Position numbers and translations under genes: made by a program. Shown in pieces: positions 27,720-37,609 of a stretch of DNA of 64,000 nt. The first letter of the stretch is position 1. Every line of letters starts with the position of its first letter. Source of the stretch: an uncultured Gemmatimonadales bacterium. GTDB taxonomy: Bacteria; Gemmatimonadota; Gemmatimonadetes; Gemmatimonadales; GWC2-71-9. The stretch lies in assembly GCA_963730185.1 (NCBI GenBank), contig CAVSQW010000012.1, positions 32,001 to 96,000 on the forward strand, read 5' to 3'. The notes beneath the pieces were generated by a model. It had not been told where the DNA came from. It searched no databases and saw nothing but the letters and a program-made list of their open reading frames with translations.

Positions 27720-30389
27720 TCACTCGGCGTTTCGGAGGGCGCGAATCGGATCGGTCCGGGTGGCCCGAAGCGCCGGGCCGAGCCCGGCCAGCGCCGCCGC
27801 GACCATCAGCCCGGCAGCGACCCCGAGCCACACCAGCGGATCGCCGGGCGGGACCCCGTAGAGGAGGCTCCGCATGAGGCGGCTGGCGAGGAGCGCCGCG
27901 GCACCGCCGGCGCCGATGCCGAGGAGCACCGGCGCCAGACCCGGCCGGAGCGCCGCGCGGAGAATCGCGCTCCGCGACGCCCCCAGCGCGATCCGGACGC
28001 CGAACTCGCCGGTCCGACGGACCACGATGAAGCCCAATACGGCAAAGAGGCCGAACCCGGCCAGCACCAGCGCGGCCAGCGCGAAGGTCGAGATGACCAG
28101 GGCCCGGAGCCGGGGCGTCGCTAATTCGGTCGATAGCACGTCGGTCAGGCGGGCGCCCTGGAACGGGATGCCCGGATCAAGCCGGGTCAAGATGGCCTGC
28201 AGCCGATCGAGTGTTGCCGCGGGCGGGCCAGCCGCGTGGACCACCAGACTCAGCGGACGGAGGCCCGGCGGTTGCTGGCGGTAGTCATAGTAGACCGTGG
28301 GCGTCGCCGCGTCGGTCAGCGCCGCGTCCTGGACGTCGGCGACGACCCCGACGATCGAGGCCCACCGCTCCGTGCCAGTCCGCATGCCGGGCATTCGGAT
28401 CACCCGACCGATCGCGGTACCGCCATCGAGCTCTTCACGCCCGAAGGCCTGGTTCACGATCACGGTCAGCGGCGAGGCCGATCCGTCTTCCGGGGCAAAG
28501 CTCCGCCCCGTCAGCACCGGGACCTCCAGCGCCCCGAAGAATCCCGGACCGACCAGCCGGTATTCGGCGACGCGGCCCGGCCCGGCGTCCCCCTGAATCT
28601 CCAGGCTGCCGTTCGCGCCGAAATCGCGGAGGGGCACCGTCTCGGTGAATCCGGCCGCGATCACGCCGGGGAGCCGGACCGCCTCGTCGCGGAGCCGCTC
28701 GTAGAACGCCGCGGTCCGCTCCGGCTGCTCGTATCCGGCGCCGCCCGGCAGCTGAACGGTCACGACCGCACGATCGTCGAGCTGGAATCCGGGGTCGACG
28801 TCGAGCAGTCGGGACAGGCTCTTGCCCAGGAGACCGGCCCCGAACAGGAGCACGAACGTCGTCGCCACCTCGGCGCCCACCAGCCAACGCATCATCCGGT
28901 CGGGCGCGGTCGCCCGGCCGCCGACGCGAAGGCCGACTCCGGCGGCCCCCCGCTCCACCGAGCGACCGACCCAGACGGCCGGTAACAACCCCGCAGCCAA
29001 CCCGACCAGGAGCGTGGTCGCGATCAGGAAGACGAGCAGGCGGAGATCCAGCGGCAGCGAGGTGACCGACGGGAGCTCCCGGCTGATTTCCTTCAGGAGC
29101 GAGCCGCGGGTCGACCACCAAAGGAGGCCCCCGGCTGCGGCGCCGAGCCCGGTAAGGAGGACGCTCTCGACCACGAACCGCCGGACCAGGTCGCCGCGAC
29201 GGGCGCCCAAGGCGACGGTAAGAGCCACCTCCGGCTGCCGGCGGGCCGTCCGGGCCAGGAGCAGCGAGGTCAGGTTGAGCGCGGCGACGAGCAGGAGAAG
29301 GGTGACCGTCGCTTGGACGAGCCAGAGGAGCTCGCGCGAGGACCCGACCAGTCGGGCCTGGAGCGACGTGACGATCGCGCCCTTGGCAGCGAACGGCGTA
29401 GCGCCGGGATCCGCGGCGATCTCGTCCGCGACCAGCTGCCGAGTGACCAGCGAGAGCGCCCCGGACGCGGCCGCGGCGCTCACGCCGGAGCGAAGTCGCC
29501 CGACCACCCCCCAATTGTGCGCCGTCCGATTGTCGTTGTCGTCGAGCGGCTCGGCCGGGATCCAAAGCTCGGTCCGGAGCGGAAAATCAAGCCGAGCGGG
29601 CATCACGCCGACGACCGGGAGAGTCTTCCCGCCGATCCGAAGCACGCGGCCCACGACGTCCGGATCCGCGCCCAGCCGGCTCCGCCAAAATCGCTCCGAG
29701 ACCACCGCGGCCGGCGCGCCACCGAGCCGGGCCTCCTCCGGCGAGAACCACCGCCCCATGAGAGGTCGAACGCCCATCACCGTCTCGAAGCTCCGCGACA
29801 CCGCGGCCAGCTCGACGAACTCCGACCCCTCGTCCCGCCCCCACACCGATCGGTCGGTCCCCAACCCGGCGAGGGCCGTGAAGTCGTGGGCCAGACGTTG
29901 CCAGTCACGGAGGTTCCGGCCGGCGGCCTTCATCGGCCGACCCGACTGGTTCATCTCCGCCACCCAGACGAGGCGGTCAGGATCGGGATACGGCAGCGGG
30001 CGAAGGAGCGCCGTCTCGAACACGCTGAACGCGATCGCGTTCACGCCGATGGCAAGGCCGATCAGCAGAATCGCCGATACCGCGAACCAAGGCTCCCGGC
30101 GAAAGCCTCGAATGGCAAGCTTGGCATCGCCGGCCCAGCGATGGGCTCGATCGCGCCACCGGAGCCGCCGCTCCTGACTGAAATCGATGCTGGCCAACTG
30201 GCGGAGAACACGCCGCTCGTCACCGAAGGCCTGGGCGGCGCGCCGGGCCGCGTCCTCGGGCGAGAACCCAGCGCGGATCAGCTCCTCCGTGGCGAGGGCC
30301 AAGTGGAGCGCCACCTCGTCCTGGGCGTCGGCCTCGGCGGTGGACCGGCCGGTGGCGAGGCGGAAGAGGCGACGGAGCCGACGGGGCAT
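27720..30389 (-). CDS. ADOP-type duplicated MacB/FtsX ABC permease (orphan)
   Basis: DEVALHL..AFGD prefix, LRPLPYPDPDRLV, EFGVRIALGA, RATRTDPIRALRNAE; GGAG RBS 5 nt upstream of ATG 30389. Confidence 0.92.
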   Translation of the reverse strand: MPRRLRRLFRLATGRSTAEADAQDEVALHLALATEELIRAGFSPEDAARRAAQAFGDERRVLRQLASIDFSQERRLRWRDRAHRWAGDAKLAIRGFRREPWFAVSAILLIGLAIGVNAIAFSVFETALLRPLPYPDPDRLVWVAEMNQSGRPMKAAGRNLRDWQRLAHDFTALAGLGTDRSVWGRDEGSEFVELAAVSRSFETVMGVRPLMGRWFSPEEARLGGAPAAVVSERFWRSRLGADPDVVGRVLRIGGKTLPVVGVMPARLDFPLRTELWIPAEPLDDNDNRTAHNWGVVGRLRSGVSAAAASGALSLVTRQLVADEIAADPGATPFAAKGAIVTSLQARLVGSSRELLWLVQATVTLLLLVAALNLTSLLLARTARRQPEVALTVALGARRGDLVRRFVVESVLLTGLGAAAGGLLWWSTRGSLLKEISRELPSVTSLPLDLRLLVFLIATTLLVGLAAGLLPAVWVGRSVERGAAGVGLRVGGRATAPDRMMRWLVGAEVATTFVLLFGAGLLGKSLSRLLDVDPGFQLDDRAVVTVQLPGGAGYEQPERTAAFYERLRDEAVRLPGVIAAGFTETVPLRDFGANGSLEIQGDAGPGRVAEYRLVGPGFFGALEVPVLTGRSFAPEDGSASPLTVIVNQAFGREELDGGTAIGRVIRMPGMRTGTERWASIVGVVADVQDAALTDAATPTVYYDYRQQPPGLRPLSLVVHAAGPPAATLDRLQAILTRLDPGIPFQGARLTDVLSTELATPRLRALVISTFALAALVLAGFGLFAVLGFIVVRRTGEFGVRIALGASRSAILRAALRPGLAPVLLGIGAGGAAALLASRLMRSLLYGVPPGDPLVWLGVAAGLMVAAALAGLGPALRATRTDPIRALRNAE

Positions 30390-30397
30390 GGGCACTC

Positions 30398-30449
30398 CAC
30401 CTAAGAGATTTAGGTGAAGCTAGGCCCGGTCACCTAAGCCGTCAAGGTG
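30398..30449 (-). promoter_or_regulatory. sigma70 promoter bracketed by two palindromic operators
   Basis: Minus strand TTGACG-N17-TAGCTT; perfect CACCTAA-gagat-TTAGGTG (30398-30416) and imperfect CACCTAA-gccgt-CAAGGTG (30431-30449). Confidence 0.75.
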
Positions 30450-30453
30450 AGGC

Positions 30454-31893
30454 TCACCGGATCGGGCCCCGCACCCCGCGTCCGGGGAGAACGCCGTCGA
30501 CCACCGCGCCGTCCTTGACCACCGGCGTCCCGTTCACGAGCACGAACCGGAAGCCGTCCGAGGGTCGGGCGGGCTCCTGATACGTGGATCGGTCGGTGAC
30601 GGTCGCGGGGTCGAAGACCGCGAGATCAGCGTCGGCCCCGACCTGGATCCGGCCCTTGTTGAGGAACGCCGGCGCGATCTTCTCGAGGCGCTGGGCGGGC
30701 ATCAGGCTCATCTTCCGGATCGCGTCCATCAGGGACAGGTCGTGGGTCTCTCGGACATAGTGCCCCAGCACGCGGGCGTAGGTGCCGGCGGTGCGGGGAT
30801 GGCCTTTCCCTCCGTGGACGCCGCCGTCGCTGGCGATCGCAGTAAGCGGACTGGTCACGGCCATCGCCTCCATCTCCGGGGTGTTGAGGTGGAGGATGAC
30901 GGGTCCGTTGACCTTCCGGTACTTCTCGAAGGTCGCCTTGGTCAGGCGCTCGCCGGTGGCGACCCACTGGAGCTTGTGGTAGACGCTATCGGGCTGGTTC
31001 TCGAATTGATCGAGCAGGGCGGAGCCGATCTCGGTCATGCCGGCGCTGTAGGGATAGGCCTCGGTGGTGACGTCCTGGCCGCGGGCCCGGGCGCCAGCCA
31101 CCATCGACAGGGTTTGCGGCGTCGCGCCCAGGCTCATGCTGTTGAGATGGACGATGTGGAGCGGATTGCCGGCGATGGCGGCGGCGCCGATCACCTCCTC
31201 GAACGCCTGCACGCTGCCCGGATCCTGCTCGCCCCATGACCGAACATGCACGAAGACCGGCGCGTCGAACTCGGCGGCGACCCGGAACATCTGGATCACC
31301 TCCCAGCGGCTGGCGCCGGGGGTGTACTGGAGCCCGAACCCGACGCCGAGGGCGCCGCGCCGCAGCCCAGCCCGGATCATCTCCTGGAGGGCGGCGATGT
31401 CTTTCGCGGTCGCGACGGCGTGGGCCCCGGGACCGGTCGGAAGCAGCCCGGTGGCGGGGTCGTGGAAGTACCGCATCCGGGCCCGGATGTGTCCCTGGCT
31501 CGCCCCGTAGTTGACCAGGGCCTTCCCGTCCCGCTCGGCGTAGAACCCGTCGACGTCACCGGTGCCGACCTCGAGCTCGAGGGCGGTGGTGACGCCGTCC
31601 TTGGCGTAGAGGCGGTAGTTCTCGTCATCCTGGCCGTGGGAGTGGAGATCGATGAAGCCGGGTGCCACCACGAGACCACGAGCATCGAGCACGGTCCGTC
31701 CGTTGAGCGGCCGTGACTCGATCGCCGCGATCCGTCCGTTTCGGATGCCGACGTTCCGGACCGCGTCGAGCCCGCTGGCGGGATCGATCACCCGTCCGCC
31801 CGCAACGACGACGTCAAACGGGGCCTGGTCCTGAGCGGCGAGGGGCAGCGGCAGCGCCAGGAGCAAGGACAGCAGAAGCGGGGCGCGGGACAT
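30454..31893 (-). CDS. Secreted amidohydrolase (N-acyl-D-amino-acid deacylase-like)
   Basis: Signal peptide; PGFIDLHSH, EAYPY, ASDGG..GHPR.AG.YARVLG, GADADL.VFDP. Confidence 0.9.
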   Translation of the reverse strand: MSRAPLLLSLLLALPLPLAAQDQAPFDVVVAGGRVIDPASGLDAVRNVGIRNGRIAAIESRPLNGRTVLDARGLVVAPGFIDLHSHGQDDENYRLYAKDGVTTALELEVGTGDVDGFYAERDGKALVNYGASQGHIRARMRYFHDPATGLLPTGPGAHAVATAKDIAALQEMIRAGLRRGALGVGFGLQYTPGASRWEVIQMFRVAAEFDAPVFVHVRSWGEQDPGSVQAFEEVIGAAAIAGNPLHIVHLNSMSLGATPQTLSMVAGARARGQDVTTEAYPYSAGMTEIGSALLDQFENQPDSVYHKLQWVATGERLTKATFEKYRKVNGPVILHLNTPEMEAMAVTSPLTAIASDGGVHGGKGHPRTAGTYARVLGHYVRETHDLSLMDAIRKMSLMPAQRLEKIAPAFLNKGRIQVGADADLAVFDPATVTDRSTYQEPARPSDGFRFVLVNGTPVVKDGAVVDGVLPGRGVRGPIR

Positions 31894-31922
31894 GGAACGA
31901 CCTCAGCGATGGGGGGTGGGGC

Positions 31923-32828
31923 TCACTCCCAGTGACGGGGCGCGCCTTTGAGCTCGTCGAGGAGCTTGAGGTAGGTCTCGTATCGATCGGGCGCGATCTG
32001 GCCGGAGTCGACCGCGCCTTTGACGGCGCACTCCGGCTCGGGCCGGTGGTGGCAGTCGGGGAACTTGCAGTGGTCGATAAAGGGACGCATCTCGGGAAAG
32101 CAATGGGCCAGGTCGCGGGGGGCGATGCCCCAGATTCCGACGTCACTGAACCCGGGCGTGTCGACCAGATAGCCGCCCCCGTCGAGCGGGACCATCACCG
32201 CGGCGGTGGTGGTCTGGCGGCCTCGCCTGATCCGGGCTGAGACCTCGGCGGTGCGAAGCGCCAGGCCCGGCTGGATCCGATTCAGCAGACTCGACTTGCC
32301 CACGCCCGACGGTCCGGTCAGCAGGGTGACGTGACCGGACAGCTCGGCGGCGAGGGCATCGATCCCCTGACCGGTCAGGATGCTGACGGGCCAGAAGGGA
32401 TAGCCGGCGTTCCGGTAGCGGGTGCTCAGGTCGGCATGGCTGGCCAGGTCGATCTTGGTGATCACCACTCCGGTGGGGATGCCGTTGGCCTCGGCGATCA
32501 CCAGGAGCCGATCGGTGAGCTGCGCCACGGGGTCGGGATCGGCGACGGCGACGAGCACCAGGACTCGATCGAGGTTGGCCGCCACCGGGCGGACGCCGCG
32601 CCCGTTCGGGGTCCGCCGGGTGAGCACGTTGCTCCGCTCCTCGATGCTCAGGATCCGGGCGGTGCCCGACGGGTCGGCCCGATCGAGAAGCACCCGATCG
32701 CCGACGACCACCCGGTCACGGTCGGCCCGTTTGGTGGTGCCGCGGAGCACGGCGGTCACCTCGCCGGTGACCGTGGCGCACCGGTAGGTCGAGCCTTCCC
32801 GGGCCAGCACCAATCCGTGACGGGGCAT
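31923..32828 (-). CDS. rsgA: Ribosome small subunit-dependent GTPase A
   Basis: OB fold (VVGDRV), permuted GTPase motifs TKID / GPSGVGKSS / GRQTT / DTPG, Zn knuckle CKFPDCHH..EPEC. Confidence 0.95.
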   Translation of the reverse strand: MPRHGLVLAREGSTYRCATVTGEVTAVLRGTTKRADRDRVVVGDRVLLDRADPSGTARILSIEERSNVLTRRTPNGRGVRPVAANLDRVLVLVAVADPDPVAQLTDRLLVIAEANGIPTGVVITKIDLASHADLSTRYRNAGYPFWPVSILTGQGIDALAAELSGHVTLLTGPSGVGKSSLLNRIQPGLALRTAEVSARIRRGRQTTTAAVMVPLDGGGYLVDTPGFSDVGIWGIAPRDLAHCFPEMRPFIDHCKFPDCHHRPEPECAVKGAVDSGQIAPDRYETYLKLLDELKGAPRHWE

Positions 32829-33145
32829 TACCAGTCCTCCGCGCTGGTGGCGATGGCTTCGTCGAGGGCGGCCTTGACGTCGAAGAGCGACCAGGCGCCG
32901 AGTCGGGCCTCGGCCTCCTCCGTGGTGGCGCCGTATACCAGCGGCCCGGTTTCGACGTGGCCCACGGGGTGATGGCCCGTCGGGTCCCACCGGACGAACA
33001 GCAGCGCGGCGCCGTAGAGACCCCGCCCGTCGGGTGTGTCGTCGACGTAGATGGCGCACGAGTAGGCCTGGCCGTCGGCCCCGGCAAAGGCGACCGCGCG
33101 GTCGTGGACCTGCATGTATCCAGCCAGCGTCACCTCGCGCTTCAC
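32828..33145 (-). CDS. Small hypothetical protein (~105 aa)
   Basis: GTG start overlaps the proline dehydrogenase TGA and TAA overlaps the rsgA ATG; sequence VTLAGYMQVHDRAVAF.G.DG..YS..LLFVRW..GHVET. Confidence 0.75.
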   Translation of the reverse strand: MKREVTLAGYMQVHDRAVAFAGADGQAYSCAIYVDDTPDGRGLYGAALLFVRWDPTGHHPVGHVETGPLVYGATTEEAEARLGAWSLFDVKAALDEAIATSAEDW

Positions 33146-34077
33146 GATCGTCCGAACCCCTCCTTGAGGACGTTGCCGAGAATGAAGGCGATGTTGGCGG
33201 GCCGCTCCGCCAACCGCCGCATCAGATACGGATACCACTGGGTTCCGAACGGCACGTAGACCCGGACCCGCCAGCCCCGACCGAGCAGCCGCTGCTGGAG
33301 ATCGCGACGCACGCCGAAGAGCATCTGGAACTCGAACCGCTCCGACCCGAGGCGCAGCCGCTCGGCCGTGGCGACGGTGGCGTCGAGGATCCGTTCGTCG
33401 TGGGTCGCGATCGCCGGATAGCGCCCCGCCTCCAGCAGCCGTTCCATGAGCCGGACGAACTCGGCGTCGACGTCGGTCTTGTCCGGAAAGGCCAGGTCGG
33501 GCGGCTCGAGATACGCGCCCTTCACCAGCCTGACCCGGGCGCCGAGCCCGATCAGCCGCTCCACATCCCCGGCGGAGCGCCGGAGCATCGATTGGATTAC
33601 GACGCCCACGTGCTCGCCGTACTCGCCCGCCAACCGGTCCTCGAAGAAATCGAGGGTCCGGTCGGTGTAGTCGGACCCTTCCATGTCGATCCGGACGAAG
33701 CCTCGATGATCCCGGGCCCGTTGCACGATGCCGGTCACGTTCCGGCCGCAGAGGTCGGGATCGAGATCCAGCCCCATCTGCGTGAGCTTGAGCGAGGCAT
33801 TGACCTCGCGTCCGGCCTCGGCCAGACGGTCGAGCAGACCCCGATACTGTCCCGCGGCCGCCGCGGCATCGGCCGCCTGGTGGACGCTCTCGCCGAGGAG
33901 GTCGAGCGTGCTCCCGAGGCCCTTGCCAGCCAGGTCGCCGGCCACCCGGATGGCATCGTCGACGGACTCGCCGGCCACGAACCGGGCGGCGAACGAACGG
34001 GCCAGCCGACTGGAGCGAACCAGCTTGAACAGGGCGTCCCGTTCCGAGAGCCAGAGCAGCCCGCGCCGGAGGATCAC
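33142..34077 (-). CDS. Monofunctional proline dehydrogenase
   Basis: RFVAGE, LDLLGE, SLKLTQMGL, RIDMEGS, RLVKGAYLEP, IATHD, EFQMLFG, YVPFG..WYPY.MRRLAERPAN. Confidence 0.95.
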   Translation of the reverse strand: MILRRGLLWLSERDALFKLVRSSRLARSFAARFVAGESVDDAIRVAGDLAGKGLGSTLDLLGESVHQAADAAAAAGQYRGLLDRLAEAGREVNASLKLTQMGLDLDPDLCGRNVTGIVQRARDHRGFVRIDMEGSDYTDRTLDFFEDRLAGEYGEHVGVVIQSMLRRSAGDVERLIGLGARVRLVKGAYLEPPDLAFPDKTDVDAEFVRLMERLLEAGRYPAIATHDERILDATVATAERLRLGSERFEFQMLFGVRRDLQQRLLGRGWRVRVYVPFGTQWYPYLMRRLAERPANIAFILGNVLKEGFGRS

Positions 34078-34152
34078 GGCCCAACTCGCTTACCGGCTTG
34101 CACTTAGACGACCGCCGCCCGGTGGTTGACGGGTGCAAGCTAACGCCGTCCG

Positions 34153-35493
34153 TTAGGCGCGGCCATCCCTCGAAGGCGGCCCCGCCGGGAGCCAGACCCG
34201 GGCCTCGACGCCGGGACCGTCGGGGCGGTTGGCCAGCGAGATCTTTCCGCCGTGGGCTTCGACCACCTGCCGGCTGAAGACGAGGCCGATCCCGGAACCG
34301 CTGGGTTTGGTGGTGAAGAACGGGACGAAGAGGTTGCTGCTCGAGCTGAGGCCGGCGCCTTCGTCGCGGACCAGGACCTCGACTCCGCCAGCGGCTTCCC
34401 GCCAGGTGACCTCGACTCCGCCTCCGGTGGACTGGACCGCGTCGATGGCGTTCTTGACCAGGTTGATGAGCACCTGGTCGAGCTGGTCACCGTCGGCCTC
34501 GATAACCGCGGGCGGGCCGGGGAGGACCTTTACCGGCAGGCGGGGGTCGAGTTGGGTCACCCGCCAGACCCATTCCCCGACCTCGACCGGACCGAAGGTG
34601 GGCGGCGGGAGCTTGGCGAGCCGGGCGTAGGAGGCCATGAACCGATTGAGGGCATCGGCCCGAGCGGCCACGACCGACAGGCCGCTCCGGAGATCGTCCT
34701 CGAGGTCGGGCGGCCGGGGCTCGCGGTCCAGCATGCCGGTCAGGGTCCCGGCGACCGACTTGATCGGGGCGAGCGAGTTGTTGATCTCGTGGCTCAGCAC
34801 CCGGACGAGCCGCTGCCAGACCTGACGTTCCTCGGTGCGGAGCACCCTGGAGATGTCGGTGAGCATGACCAGATCCAGCGGCAGGCCCCCCTGCCGGAAC
34901 CGTCGGCGCCGGACCTCCCAACGACCGCTGCCGCTCGAAGGCAGGGTGATCTCGACGATTCGCGGGGTCTCGCCCTGAAGGCAGGGCTCGAGCCCAAGGT
35001 AGTCGGCGGTCCGGCCCAGGACCCGCTCGATCGGTTGGCCCAGGAGCCGCTCGCCGGCGCGATTGGCGACCCGAAGCATGCGGCCGGCGTCGAACGCGAA
35101 GACGGCGACGTCGATCTCTTCCATCAGCCGCTTGAGCAGGGCGTCGGCCTCCAGCGCCCCGAGTCGCTGCTCCTTGAGCGTCTCACTCAGCACGTTGAGC
35201 TCGTGGCGAACCTCGCCCAGCACGTCGTGGACCGGCTCCTCGCGGGCCCGGATAGTGAAGTGGCCTTCCCGGAGCCCCGCGATGATGTTGGCGATGACCT
35301 GGAGCGGGCGGACCACCCGGACCTGAGCGGCGCGCGCCGCGCCGAGCCAGAGGAGGATCAGGGCGCCGAGCAGGGTACCCCGGAGCAGCCCGGTCGCCGG
35401 CACCATCCAGAGCAGGATCCCGGCCGTCCCGAGCGCCGGCAGTCCGGCGGCGAGGGCCAGAAGGAGGATCCGGCGGTCGTGGGACAGGGCCAT
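34153..35493 (-). CDS. Sensor histidine kinase (TM-HAMP-PAS-HisKA-HATPase)
   Basis: WQRLVRVLSHEINNSLAPI, NLVKNA, DEGAG, FVPFFTTK, GSGIGL. Confidence 0.95.
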   Translation of the reverse strand: MALSHDRRILLLALAAGLPALGTAGILLWMVPATGLLRGTLLGALILLWLGAARAAQVRVVRPLQVIANIIAGLREGHFTIRAREEPVHDVLGEVRHELNVLSETLKEQRLGALEADALLKRLMEEIDVAVFAFDAGRMLRVANRAGERLLGQPIERVLGRTADYLGLEPCLQGETPRIVEITLPSSGSGRWEVRRRRFRQGGLPLDLVMLTDISRVLRTEERQVWQRLVRVLSHEINNSLAPIKSVAGTLTGMLDREPRPPDLEDDLRSGLSVVAARADALNRFMASYARLAKLPPPTFGPVEVGEWVWRVTQLDPRLPVKVLPGPPAVIEADGDQLDQVLINLVKNAIDAVQSTGGGVEVTWREAAGGVEVLVRDEGAGLSSSSNLFVPFFTTKPSGSGIGLVFSRQVVEAHGGKISLANRPDGPGVEARVWLPAGPPSRDGRA

Positions 35494-35531
35494 GGGCTCG
35501 ACGGTTGGACGGGCTGGGGAAGGGGCTGGGA

Positions 35532-36908
35532 CTACTTGTCGAGGGAGATGCCGTGCCGCTGGAGCCGCCGGTAGAGCGCGGAGCGGCTCAGGCCGAGCGT
35601 CTTGGCGGCGAGGCTCACGTTGCCCTCGTGCTGGGCCAGCGCGGTACGGATGGCTTCGCGCTCCAGCTCGTCGAGGCTCCGGGGCGCCTCCTGTGCGCCA
35701 CCGTCCCGGCCCGGGGGAGAGAGCGCGAGGTCCCAGGCCTCGATGACGTCGCCCTGGGAGAGCAGCACCGCGCGCTCGACCGCGTGATCGAGCTCGCGGA
35801 CGTTGCCGGCCCACTCGTAGCGGAGCAGCGCCTGGGCGGCTTCGTCGCTGAAGCCGGCGCGCGGCCGGTTGTAACGGGCCGCGTAGCGGGCCAGGAAGTG
35901 CTGGGCCAGGGGCAGAATGTCCTCGCGCCGGTCGCGGAGCCGGGGGAGGTGAATCTCGATGGTGTTGAGGCGGTAGAGCAGGTCCTCGCGGAACCGGCCC
36001 GAGCGGACCTCCTCCCGGAGGTCGGCGTTGGTCGCGGCGATCACCCGTACGTTCACCCGCCGGGTCTGGGACGACCCGACCCGCTCGAGCTCGCCGATCT
36101 GGAGCACCCGCAGCAACCGGGCCTGTTGGGACAGTCCGATGTTGGCGATCTCGTCGAGGAAGAGCGTGCCGCCATCGGCCATCTCGAACCGTCCCATCCG
36201 GTCGGCCTTGGCATCGGTGAAGGCGCCTTTGACGTGGCCGAAGAGCTCGCTTTCGAACACGCCTTCCGGGAGCCCCCCCGCGTTGACGATCACCAGGGCC
36301 TTCTCCCGGCGGTTGGAGGCGGCGTGGATCCAGCGGGCGACGACCTCCTTGCCGGTCCCGTGCTCCCCGGTGATGAGCACGTTGGCGTCGCTCGGCGCGA
36401 TCCGCTCCATCACTTGAAGGATCGGACGCATCACCGGCGACTCGGCGATCAGGTCGGGGAAGCCGTCCTTCCGCAGGAGGCGATTCTCCTGCTCGAGCCG
36501 CTGGGCCGAGCGGAGGGCGCGGGAGAGGTCGACCTGGGTCCGGAGCATGCTGAGCAGCCGGGCGTTGTCCCAGGGCTTCTCGATGAAGTCGCGGGCGCCC
36601 AGGCGCATGGCCTCGACCGCCTTGTCGACGCTGCCCCAGGCGGTCATCACGATCACCGGCAGGGTGGGGTCCTGGGCCCGCATCCGGGAGAGCAGATCCA
36701 TGCCCTCGCGCCCGGAGGTGGTGTCGCGGGTGTAGTTGAGATCGATCATCGCCGCGTCCACGTCCTGCCGTTCCAGGATGGCCATCACGCCCTCGGGCAC
36801 GTGGGCGGTGACGGTCCGGTACCCTTCGGCCTTGAGCAACAGGCGGAGGGCCTCGACCACGTCGGGCTGGTCGTCGGCGAGCAGGATGAGGGGATGTTCG
36901 GTCGTCAC
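35532..36908 (-). CDS. sigma54-dependent response regulator (REC-AAA+-Fis HTH)
   Basis: ADDQ, IDLNY, GEHGTGKE, ESELFGHVKGAFTDA, LFLDEI, FREDLLYRLN, GNVRELDH, HTH GNVSLAAKTLGLSRSALYRRL. Confidence 0.95.
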   Translation of the reverse strand: MTTEHPLILLADDQPDVVEALRLLLKAEGYRTVTAHVPEGVMAILERQDVDAAMIDLNYTRDTTSGREGMDLLSRMRAQDPTLPVIVMTAWGSVDKAVEAMRLGARDFIEKPWDNARLLSMLRTQVDLSRALRSAQRLEQENRLLRKDGFPDLIAESPVMRPILQVMERIAPSDANVLITGEHGTGKEVVARWIHAASNRREKALVIVNAGGLPEGVFESELFGHVKGAFTDAKADRMGRFEMADGGTLFLDEIANIGLSQQARLLRVLQIGELERVGSSQTRRVNVRVIAATNADLREEVRSGRFREDLLYRLNTIEIHLPRLRDRREDILPLAQHFLARYAARYNRPRAGFSDEAAQALLRYEWAGNVRELDHAVERAVLLSQGDVIEAWDLALSPPGRDGGAQEAPRSLDELEREAIRTALAQHEGNVSLAAKTLGLSRSALYRRLQRHGISLDK

Positions 36909-36927
36909 GTCGAGCTCCGGCCCCGGG

Positions 36928-37605
36928 CTAGCGGGGGGTTTCCTCGCCCACCACCCAGCCGTCCTTGAGCTGGACGATACGGTGGCTGTACCGGGCATTG
37001 TCGTCCGAGTGAGTCACCTGGATGATGGTGGTACCCTCCCGGTTCAGCCGGGTGAAGAGCTCCATGATCTCCCGGGCCTGCTGCGAATGGAGATTGCCGG
37101 TCGGCTCGTCGGCCAGAATGAGCTTGGGCTTGGCCACCACCGCCCGAGCCACCCCCACCAGCTGCTGCTGCCCACCGGAGAGCTGGCTGGGAAAGAGGTC
37201 CTTCTTCCCGACGATCTGAAACCGGTCCAGGATGTCGGCCACCATCGCCTGGCGCTCGCCCCGCGAATAGTCCCGGTAGGTGAGCGGGGTCTCGATGTTC
37301 TCGTACACGGTCAGGGTATCGATCAGGTGATACTGCTGGAACACGAAGCCGATGTGCGCCTTGTTGAGCTGGGCCCGATGCTTGGGCTTCAAGGCATGCA
37401 CCGGCTCGTCCAGGAACCAAAACTCCCCGCTCCAGGACGCGTCGAGCATGCCCAGGATCCCGAGCAGGGTGGACTTCCCGGCTCCCGAGGGGCCCATGAT
37501 GGTGACGAATTCTCCCTGCTGGATCTCGAGCCCGACCTGGCGCAGGACCCAGGTCCGGGTCGAGCCCGCCTGGAAGAACTTCTCGACGTTGTGGAGCCGG
37601 ATCAT
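36928..37605 (-). CDS. ABC transporter ATP-binding protein (MacB/LolD type)
   Basis: GPSGAGKST, LSGGQQQ, ILADEPTGNL, VTH. Confidence 0.95.
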   Translation of the reverse strand: MIRLHNVEKFFQAGSTRTWVLRQVGLEIQQGEFVTIMGPSGAGKSTLLGILGMLDASWSGEFWFLDEPVHALKPKHRAQLNKAHIGFVFQQYHLIDTLTVYENIETPLTYRDYSRGERQAMVADILDRFQIVGKKDLFPSQLSGGQQQLVGVARAVVAKPKLILADEPTGNLHSQQAREIMELFTRLNREGTTIIQVTHSDDNARYSHRIVQLKDGWVVGEETPR

Positions 37606-37609
37606 GGCA

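Noticed and set aside
36205..36240. GAFTDA instead of GAFTGA as evidence of a sigma54-independent bEBP
   Set aside because: The F and T that contact sigma54 are retained, and GAFTDA is a common natural variant.
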